Shown piece by piece: positions 57,064-64,000 of a stretch of DNA of 64,000 nucleotides. Both the position numbers and the translations under genes were made by a program. Location: the NCBI GenBank assembly GCA_016193285.1, contig JACPSL010000002.1, positions 1-64,000 on the forward strand. Direction: 5' to 3'. The notes under the pieces are model-generated. The model had not been told where the DNA came from, made no database searches, and saw only the letters and a list, made by a program, of their open reading frames with translations. Position 1 is the stretch's first letter; every line of letters starts with the position of its first letter. This DNA comes from Candidatus Melainabacteria bacterium. Its GTDB lineage: Bacteria; Cyanobacteriota; Vampirovibrionia; 2-02-FULL-35-15.

Positions 57064-57645
57064 ATGCTAGCTACACTCACCGAAAATCAAAATAATTTTC
57101 TTTTAGCACTTAAAAAGCAATACAGAAAAAATCCTTTGCCTTCAATGAGACAAATTGCTGAGGATTTAAATTTTAAGTTTCACAATTCTGTACAACATTA
57201 TTTGGAGACTCTTATGTTTAGTGGAGTAGTTAAAAAAATTGATAATTTTTTATTCCTAGATAAAAAACTCTTTTGCTTGAAAATTTATGATTCAAGAATT
57301 CCTGCTGGTCATCCAGCTCTTGCTGAAGAAAGCTATGAAATATTTGACTTTGAAAACTATATGAGAGCTGATAATGAGAGAACTTTTATGCTTAAAGTTG
57401 CAGGAGATTCAATGACCCTTGCTGGAATATATGATGGAGATCTGATTCTAGTTGACAAAAAAATTCAGCCAACTCATGGATTAATTGTTGTTGCTCTCAT
57501 AGATGGTGGTTACACTGTTAAATACTTAAGACGAAAAGCAGGAAAGTTTTATTTAAAGTCTGCTAATCCTGCATATAAAGATATTTATCCTGAAAGTGAG
57601 TTTAAGATTGTAGGCGTAGTTACAGGATCAGTCAGGAAATTTTAA
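57064..57645 (+). CDS. lexA: LexA repressor (S24 peptidase)
   Basis: An N-terminal wHTH, Ser nucleophile AGDSM, and the catalytic Lys in GGYTVKYLRRK. Length 193 aa. Confidence 0.85.
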   Translation: MLATLTENQNNFLLALKKQYRKNPLPSMRQIAEDLNFKFHNSVQHYLETLMFSGVVKKIDNFLFLDKKLFCLKIYDSRIPAGHPALAEESYEIFDFENYMRADNERTFMLKVAGDSMTLAGIYDGDLILVDKKIQPTHGLIVVALIDGGYTVKYLRRKAGKFYLKSANPAYKDIYPESEFKIVGVVTGSVRKF

Positions 57646-57780
57646 AATTTAATTGAGAACTATCAATATTTCTTGTGTATTACTACTGCTTTTATATCAT
57701 TTACTATAATCTTCACTAGAAGTCTACATTGAAACCTTAAAAGATTTGTAGGCGTCAATAATTATTAAAGGAGAAATGAA

Positions 57781-58755
57781 ATGAAATGCTTGAATATTTT
57801 TTTATCAATGCTTTTAGTTAGTCAATTTATTGTTTTACCTGCTTGTGCCAGGCCGGGTGAATCCTTAAGTCAAGTACTTGAAAAATTTAGTCTAACAGGA
57901 CAAGAACCAGTAAACCAAGGTGAATATATTTCTTATAAAGTAAGTGACACAAAATTTGTTTCACAACCCACAGTATTTTTTAAAATAGGTGCAAAAGGAA
58001 TTATACTTGAGGAAAATTTTCTTTTTGACAAGAACACAGTTCATGAAAAAGATGTCCAAAGATCAAAAAGCGACATAAGACCAGCAGTTAGCATTCCACA
58101 TCATACTTACTTGGTTGGTGATTTTTCACAACTTCCTAGAGAACAGTTTGATACTAAGAGTAAAGTAGTTGGTGCAATTGCAGCTCCTTTCGGACTAGCA
58201 GCAGGGACTGTAGCTGGTGCTGGTAAGGGCTTATATGAAGGTACAAAGATTGGTGTTAAAACTGCTGATTCAGCTAGCCGTGCATTAGGTGGAGATGTTT
58301 CAGGCAAAGCAGGAGCATGGGCTTCTTCAGCTACAGCAGTTGTTACTGGAGCTGTAACTGGGCTCTTTGCTGGTTTTACAGGTGGTGCAGTTGAAGGTTC
58401 TGTACGTGGAGCAAGAGTAGCTATAGAAGGAATAAGCGGTGCCGACAGAGAAATCACTGATGCAACACCAGTAGTAGATTCTCAGTATGTAATTATTGGT
58501 GGAAGAATTGGAAAAGAACTAACCCTTAATGAGCAAAAATCACTATTAGACGAACTGTCTAAATTAGAACAAAGTCGTTTAGCAGGAGGACAAGATACTG
58601 GTACAGAAGACTTAGCAAAATTAGATAAGGGTAAACCCGTTGCCCAAGAAGCTTTAAAAGCTTTTGATTCAGCTAAAGAAAAAGCTCCTTTTGATGTAGA
58701 TTCAAACTACCTCCCTGAAGATGCAGTAAATAAAAACGTAGCTGGGATGTGGTGA
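57781..58755 (+). CDS. hypothetical secreted protein with a Gly/Ala-rich central region
   Basis: Signal peptide …VLPACARPGES. The low-complexity region is GAIAAPFGLAAGTVAGAGKG…. Confidence 0.4.
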   Translation: MKCLNIFLSMLLVSQFIVLPACARPGESLSQVLEKFSLTGQEPVNQGEYISYKVSDTKFVSQPTVFFKIGAKGIILEENFLFDKNTVHEKDVQRSKSDIRPAVSIPHHTYLVGDFSQLPREQFDTKSKVVGAIAAPFGLAAGTVAGAGKGLYEGTKIGVKTADSASRALGGDVSGKAGAWASSATAVVTGAVTGLFAGFTGGAVEGSVRGARVAIEGISGADREITDATPVVDSQYVIIGGRIGKELTLNEQKSLLDELSKLEQSRLAGGQDTGTEDLAKLDKGKPVAQEALKAFDSAKEKAPFDVDSNYLPEDAVNKNVAGMW

Positions 58756-58797
58756 GGGCTAGAAATTAGAGAATTGGAGAATTAGAAGAAGCCATAG

Positions 58798-59544
58798 TTG
58801 TGGAATAATATAAACATGAAAAAAGTAATTCTTCCTTTATTGTGTTTTCTTGTTTTTTTAAATTTCTTACCTGCTTTTTCTTTACGTACACTTAACCAAA
58901 GATATGAATTAGTTTTAAATGTCGCAGCTAAAAAACTTTCACTTTACAGTGGCAGAAAATTAGTAAAAGAATACCCGGTAGGTGTTGGTACTTCTCTTAC
59001 ACCTACTCCACTTGGTGATTTTAAAATTGTAAGAAGAATATATAATCCATCCTGGGTAAATCCATACAGGCAGTCAAAGGTTATTGCACCTGGTGAAACA
59101 AATCCAATTGGGCAATATTGGCTTGGGTTTGCAATGAATAAAAAAAACCAGGAATTTGGCTTTCATGGGACTTCTGATTTAAGCTCTGTTGGAAAAGCAA
59201 GTACTCATGGCTGTATAAGAATGTATTCTGAAGATATAAAAGAACTTTTTAATCTTGTAAGTGTTAACATACCATTGCATGTAATTTATAATCCAATAGA
59301 AGTAAAAGAATTCCAAAATAAACTTTTTGTAAGAGCTCATCCGGATATTTATAACTATATGACTGATGAGGAATATATTAAATTTGCAAGAAACCAATTA
59401 AGTGGTGCAAACTTAGTAAAAGAACAAAATCTTTATAAAGCAATTGAAAGTAAAGATGCAAAAGATTATTTTATTGGCTGGACAGGTGCTGAACAACTTA
59501 ATGAACAAGATGCTGGGCCTGTAGGGAAGGGCAAATTAAACTAA
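58798..59544 (+). CDS. L,D-transpeptidase (YkuD domain)
   Basis: Catalytic HGTSDLSSVGKASTHGCIRM (His…Ser.GC.R). A signal peptide is present. Confidence 0.8.
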   Translation: MWNNINMKKVILPLLCFLVFLNFLPAFSLRTLNQRYELVLNVAAKKLSLYSGRKLVKEYPVGVGTSLTPTPLGDFKIVRRIYNPSWVNPYRQSKVIAPGETNPIGQYWLGFAMNKKNQEFGFHGTSDLSSVGKASTHGCIRMYSEDIKELFNLVSVNIPLHVIYNPIEVKEFQNKLFVRAHPDIYNYMTDEEYIKFARNQLSGANLVKEQNLYKAIESKDAKDYFIGWTGAEQLNEQDAGPVGKGKLN

Positions 59545-60967
59545 ATAAGGACTCTCCAGTTTTTAAATTCTCAACTACATTATTTTTGCTTTTAGCTTCA
59601 CTGTAAATTCTAAGCAGTGGCTCAGTCCCTGATGCCCTAAACAAAAGCCAGCTATCATCTTCAAATATTAATTTTGTGCCATCAAGAGTTTGGACCTCTT
59701 TTACTTTTAGATTATTGACTTCTTTAGGTGGACTTGACTTTATTTTTTCTACAAAGTCTTTTCCCATTTTAGTTTTAGGTATGTGTAAGTCAATCCTGTC
59801 ATAGTAAAACTCACCAAACTTTTTATGTAATTGTTCTATTAATTTACTTGGTTTTAAACCAAATGAATTTACTGCTTCTAGTAAAAGCAGTGCATTAAAT
59901 ATTCCATCTCTCTCAGGCATGAAGTGTAGCTTACAGCCGATTCCGTTTGCTTCTTCTCCACCTATCAAGATGTTGTCTTTTAACATTAAATCAGCAATGT
60001 GTTTAAATCCAATAGGTACTTCATAAAGTTTTAAGCCATATTTTTGTGCCATCTTTTTTACAAGAACGCTTTGAGAAAAAGTAATTACTACTCCACCTGA
60101 TAATTTTTTCTTTTCTACCAAGTAATAAAGAAGCAAAGATAAAATTTTGTGAGTGTTGATATATTCACCATTTTCATCAATTGCACCTACACGATCTGCA
60201 TCTCCATCTGTAGCTAAACCAATGAATGCTCTATTTTTTATAACTTCTTCAGACAAAGGTAAAAGCTGTGGCATCATTGGCTCTGGATTTATTCCACCAA
60301 AATTTACATCTCTTTCTCTTCTTATGGTTTTAACTTTAATTTTCCCATCACTTAAAAAACTTTCAATGTAATTTCCTCCTGTACCATGCATAGAATCAAT
60401 AATGACTGTTTCATTTATATTTTTTAGTTTTTCAATATCAAGAGTTTGTTTTATGTAACTAATGTAATCTTTAGATGGATCAATGGTTTTATAATTATTT
60501 ATTTGTAGTAAAGGTGTTGCATGCAATATCTCTAATCTTTTTTCAATCTTGTTTGTATAGTCTTTACTTGCAGAGCAGCCACCTGGCATTTTAACCTTAA
60601 AACCTGAAAACTCAGGTGGATTGTGACTTGCAGTAATAACAATTCCTCCTAGGGCATTATTCTTCTTTACATCAAAAGAAATCATTGGAGTAGGAACATC
60701 TTGATTATAAAGATTTACATTTAAGCCTTTAGCAGAAAATATTGTTGCAACTCTTTCAGCAAATTCTTTTCCTAAAAACCTTCTGTCATATCCAATAAAA
60801 ACAAGATTATTTATATCTGATTTATATTTTAAGTCTTCTAAAAATTGTTCTGCACATGCTATAGATACTAAACTTATATTTTCAAAGGTAAAGTCTTTTG
60901 CTATTACTCCTCTCCAGCCATCAGTACCAAATTTTATTTCAGAACCCACAAGTACATATATTAGCAC
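59498..60967 (-). CDS. phosphoglucomutase/phosphomannomutase-family phosphohexomutase
   Basis: Active-site TASHNPPEFSGFKV. The Mg loop is DGDADR. The sugar-binding loop is GEEANG. Confidence 0.85.
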   Translation of the reverse strand: MLIYVLVGSEIKFGTDGWRGVIAKDFTFENISLVSIACAEQFLEDLKYKSDINNLVFIGYDRRFLGKEFAERVATIFSAKGLNVNLYNQDVPTPMISFDVKKNNALGGIVITASHNPPEFSGFKVKMPGGCSASKDYTNKIEKRLEILHATPLLQINNYKTIDPSKDYISYIKQTLDIEKLKNINETVIIDSMHGTGGNYIESFLSDGKIKVKTIRRERDVNFGGINPEPMMPQLLPLSEEVIKNRAFIGLATDGDADRVGAIDENGEYINTHKILSLLLYYLVEKKKLSGGVVITFSQSVLVKKMAQKYGLKLYEVPIGFKHIADLMLKDNILIGGEEANGIGCKLHFMPERDGIFNALLLLEAVNSFGLKPSKLIEQLHKKFGEFYYDRIDLHIPKTKMGKDFVEKIKSSPPKEVNNLKVKEVQTLDGTKLIFEDDSWLLFRASGTEPLLRIYSEAKSKNNVVENLKTGESLFSLICPSLQAQHLVH

Positions 60968-60985
60968 TAGTAAGTTTCCATTTTT

Positions 60986-61285
60986 TTATAATGTTGTTTT
61001 TAGTTCTTCTTTTATTTCACCATTGCTAGTTTTGAAGTTTAATAATCCAGCATAAATAGCAATAGCAGTAGCTTGTGATCTGTTTGAGATATTTAGCTTT
61101 GTAAAAATGCTGGAGATATGATTTCTAACAGTAGAAGGACTTAACATTAATGCTTGTGAAATTTCTTTGTTAGTCTTTCCCTGGGCCAGATGAACCAAAA
61201 TCTCTTTCTCTCTGTTTGTAATAGGAAGTTCAGTAAGCCTATTTACAAATCCTAAATCTATCAGATTATTTTCTTTTATAACCAT
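60986..61285 (-). CDS. small LuxR/GerE-family HTH regulator
   Basis: LTNREKEILVHLAQGKTNKEISQALMLSPSTVRNHISSIFTKL. It has no receiver domain. Confidence 0.65.
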   Translation of the reverse strand: MVIKENNLIDLGFVNRLTELPITNREKEILVHLAQGKTNKEISQALMLSPSTVRNHISSIFTKLNISNRSQATAIAIYAGLLNFKTSNGEIKEELKTTL

Positions 61286-61583
61286 AATTACCTCTCCTTT
61301 AATTTTTTTATAATCAGTGAGCTTTTGATACTAAGATGCTAAGGTCATTTGCTTAAGAACAGACTAAGGATTTATACCCGAGTGAATATTCTCACTACCT
61401 TACTTAGAAAAATAATTTACACAAATCAAAAAAAAACTCTCTGGAAACAACTAACCTGTTAGTAAGCTGTTAGAGATTTTAGAATTAAAAGATATGAGAA
61501 ATTTAACCTATTGAAAAATTGTTTTGTTTGATCTGTAGACATGTATTAAGATTTTATTAAGGGTACGATAGAATTAATTTATT

Positions 61584-63218
61584 ATGCCTGATGAAAATCC
61601 TGAGCATACAAAAGAAGAAATAATAAAAGGAAGTAGTAATTATTTACGTGGAGACATAAAAGAAGAACTATCAAAAGATACATCACATTTTAAAGAGGAA
61701 ACCACAAAAGTATTAAAGTTTCATGGTATTTACCAACAAGACAATCGTGATACAAGAATGCAAAGAGTATCTCAAAAAATAGATAAAGAATATATGTTTA
61801 TGATCCGTACTAAACTTCCTGGGGGACAATTAACAGGAGAACAATATCTTGGTTTAAATTCAATTTGTGATAAATATTCAAATCAAACCCTACGTATTAC
61901 AACAAGACAAACAATTCAGTTCCACGGTGTTATAAAAGGAGATTTAAACAAGACATTAAATGAAATCAATCAAAGCCTAGTAATTACTTATGGATCCTGT
62001 GGTGATACAGTTAGAAATGTAACAGCATGTCCAGTATGTGATATAGATCCAGATTGTTCAATAAATTTAAATAAGCTTGCACAAGAAATCTCAAATCATT
62101 TTTTACCAAAGTCCAGAGCATATTATGAAATTTGGATTGATGGAGAGAAAAATACTGGGATAGAACAAGAACCACTGTATGGTAAAACTTATTTACCAAG
62201 GAAATTTAAAATAGGACTAGCATTGCCACATGATAATTGTGTTGATGTTTTTATACAGGATGTTGGTGTGGTAGGGATTTGCCATGACAAATCCCTATGG
62301 GGTTTTAACATCCTAGTAGGTGGAGGACTTGGTTACACTCATAAGAAACCAGAAACATTTCCAAGGTTAGGTAGTGAATTATGTTTTGTTACACCTGAAA
62401 GATTAATTAAAACTCTTGAAAAAATTGTAACTATCCATAGGGATTATGGTGGAAGAGTAAATAGAAAACATGCAAGATTGAAATATTTAATTGAAGATAA
62501 AGGAATAAATTGGTTTAGAACAAAATTAGAAAGTCGTACAGGATCTAAATTAGAACCTTTTAAAAAAATACAAAATTATAATGTCTATGATCATTTAGGG
62601 TGGCATAATCAGAAATCAGATTTGTGGTATCTAGGATTATTTATAGAAAATGGAAAGATATGTGATTCTGACAAGAGAAAAATAAAAACCGGATTAAAAG
62701 AAATAGTTGAAAAGTTTAGTCCAGATATTCGATTAACTCCACAGCAAAATATAATACTTGCAAATATAAAAGAAGAGCACAAAGATGAGATAAATAAAAT
62801 CATAGAGAAATATAAAATTTACACCGTGGAAAATGTTTCTAACTTAAGAAGGAACTCAATGGCATGTCCTGCTTTGCCAACATGTGGACTAGCCCTTGCT
62901 GAAGCTGAGAGAGCCTTGCCTAGTATTATTGATGAACTTGAAAAACTTGGCTATGGAGAAGAGATGCTTTCACTTCGGATGAGCGGTTGTCCAAACTCCT
63001 GCTCGCGCACCCCAATGGCTGAACTTGGAATAATTGGAATAAGTACAAATAGATACAATATTCATGCAGGTGGAAATTTTGAAGGAACAAGGTTAAATAA
63101 AATCTGTAAAGAAAATATTCTAGGTAAAAGTGTTGTATCTGAAATAGCAAGATTGCTTGAAACCTACAGAGAGAAACGTAACCCGAATGAAAGATTTGGG
63201 GATTTTTACCAAGATTAA
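61584..63218 (+). CDS. cysI: sulfite reductase hemoprotein (siroheme / 4Fe-4S), CysI/Sir type
   Basis: LKFHGIYQQDNRD, the NIR_SIR repeats, and cluster Cys motifs CPALPTCGLA and GCPNSCSR. It aligns by eye along its whole length with E. coli CysI. Confidence 0.85.
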   Translation: MPDENPEHTKEEIIKGSSNYLRGDIKEELSKDTSHFKEETTKVLKFHGIYQQDNRDTRMQRVSQKIDKEYMFMIRTKLPGGQLTGEQYLGLNSICDKYSNQTLRITTRQTIQFHGVIKGDLNKTLNEINQSLVITYGSCGDTVRNVTACPVCDIDPDCSINLNKLAQEISNHFLPKSRAYYEIWIDGEKNTGIEQEPLYGKTYLPRKFKIGLALPHDNCVDVFIQDVGVVGICHDKSLWGFNILVGGGLGYTHKKPETFPRLGSELCFVTPERLIKTLEKIVTIHRDYGGRVNRKHARLKYLIEDKGINWFRTKLESRTGSKLEPFKKIQNYNVYDHLGWHNQKSDLWYLGLFIENGKICDSDKRKIKTGLKEIVEKFSPDIRLTPQQNIILANIKEEHKDEINKIIEKYKIYTVENVSNLRRNSMACPALPTCGLALAEAERALPSIIDELEKLGYGEEMLSLRMSGCPNSCSRTPMAELGIIGISTNRYNIHAGGNFEGTRLNKICKENILGKSVVSEIARLLETYREKRNPNERFGDFYQD

Positions 63219-63296
63219 ATATTTTTAGCTCTACTTCTCTCAAGCCACTTTCAGTTAGCTATAAAAAGTGGGAAACACATGTGACTACCTGCTTTG

Positions 63297-63527
63297 TCAG
63301 GCAGGTTCTTCAATTTCAAAGATAGCCCATTGTGCTTCAACTTGAACCCAAAGATCTTCAGCCATTATTTTTTCTCTTAAATGAGGAATTGCATGGATGG
63401 CATTTTTTCCTAATGCTTTAATAGAAGCCTCAGATACTTTAACGACTTCATCTTCTTTATCTGATAAAGCAGTAATTAATCCTTTTATTATTTGTTCATC
63501 AAAAATTTTTGACTTGCCAAGAATCAA
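63297..63527 (-). CDS. HEAT/PBS-lyase-like repeat protein fragment (downstream piece)
   Basis: …LSDKEDEVVKVSEASIKALGKN… is a HEAT-like unit. Confidence 0.4.
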   Translation of the reverse strand: MILGKSKIFDEQIIKGLITALSDKEDEVVKVSEASIKALGKNAIHAIPHLREKIMAEDLWVQVEAQWAIFEIEEPA

Positions 63528-63585
63528 AGCTGCTTTACGACGTACTTCAGCCTTACTATTGGTAGTTAGAGCGGTTAATAATCTT

Positions 63586-63990
63586 TTAACTACTCGGGGG
63601 CAAGCCCCCGAGATCGCCGTTGGCGGTTTCGACTGTATTTGGACTTTTTCTTCTTAATCTTTCTAAAAGTGCAAACTCAGCAGCATGACTAGTTATTTTA
63701 TCTTCATTTCCTAATTGCTCAATTAAAAAATTATCTCCATTAAAAGATATTATTTTTTCAAGAGTACCTCCAAATCTAGAAGCATCGATTCTCTTACTTA
63801 GAACTTCTATAACATTGTTTGCCAATGAACTATCAATCCTTATAATTGCATAGGCAGCTTCTAGAGCAACATTGCAATCTTTATCGTTTAATGCATTTAC
63901 TAAATCATTTTTTGATTCTCCTATCTCATCAATATATCCTAAAGCAGAAGCTGACATGTAACGTACAGGTTGAACAGCACACTTAGTCAT
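63586..63990 (-). CDS. HEAT/PBS-lyase-like repeat protein (upstream piece; may extend beyond the window)
   Basis: LNDKDCNVALEAAYAIIRID repeats. The last ~20 codons are read through the GC-rich palindromic element. Confidence 0.45.
   Translation of the reverse strand: MTKCAVQPVRYMSASALGYIDEIGESKNDLVNALNDKDCNVALEAAYAIIRIDSSLANNVIEVLSKRIDASRFGGTLEKIISFNGDNFLIEQLGNEDKITSHAAEFALLERLRRKSPNTVETANGDLGGLPPSS
63588..63626. repeat. GC-rich palindromic element, copy 2 (hairpin CTCGGGGGCAAGCCCCCGAG + CGCCGTTGGCGG)
   Basis: Seen directly. Related to the element at 34591..34631 (inverted orientation). Confidence 0.55.
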
Positions 63991-64000
63991 TGCTGTTTGT

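Noticed and set aside
62011-63243. Small minus-strand ORFs inside cysI
   Set aside because: They are nested antisense to a full-length, well-aligned sulfite reductase gene.

Overview
AT-rich window, roughly 30% GC by eye, from a Gram-negative (diderm) bacterium; lpxA, lspA, a Tad/Flp pilus remnant and wzc/wza are present. I cannot place the organism more precisely. Housekeeping genes I recognise confidently include ligA, a class I-beta DAHP synthase, rluD, lspA, lpxA, dapB, panD, dut, yraN, xth, pntAA-pntAB-pntB, lexA, an L,D-transpeptidase, a phosphohexomutase and a CysI-type sulfite reductase. These sit among a large amount of accessory and selfish DNA. The accessory content is: (1) A tRNA-Pro(UGG)-integrated island at the left end (1..8868) with a tyrosine integrase, an XRE regulator and a ribbon-helix-helix (RHH) regulator, a primase-polymerase/AAA_25 helicase replication protein, and a cargo operon of DNA methyltransferase plus a DUF262 (ParB-like) protein plus a small HEPN-like protein. 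This is my best candidate for an undescribed defense system. (2) Four toxin-antitoxin (TA) / abortive-infection modules: AbiEi/AbiEii, MazEF-like, HepT/MntA and a DUF4258/DUF2283-like pair. The HepT/MntA cassette is flanked by a 56-bp duplication of the pntB 3' end. (3) Three intact and one truncated DUF4143/AAA_14 ATPase paralog, one bracketed by a 105-bp direct repeat. (4) A truncated tad locus with two flp pilin genes. (5) A polysaccharide locus: Wzc BY-kinase, Wza, a tri-domain nucleotidyltransferase/HprK-like/S26-peptidase protein, a GNAT protein, two GT2 glycosyltransferases and a sulfotransferase-methyltransferase fusion. (6) An IS5-like transposase remnant, gene remnants, GC-rich palindromic elements and a 28-30 bp perfect palindrome inside dapB. 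In the non-coding sequence, the clearest finding is a textbook ribosome-mediated attenuator with an aromatic-rich leader peptide (…SYYFWFYLNF…) immediately upstream of the DAHP synthase gene. No CRISPR array or rRNA was found. The tRNA genes found are tRNA-Pro(UGG) and tRNA-Pro(GGG).
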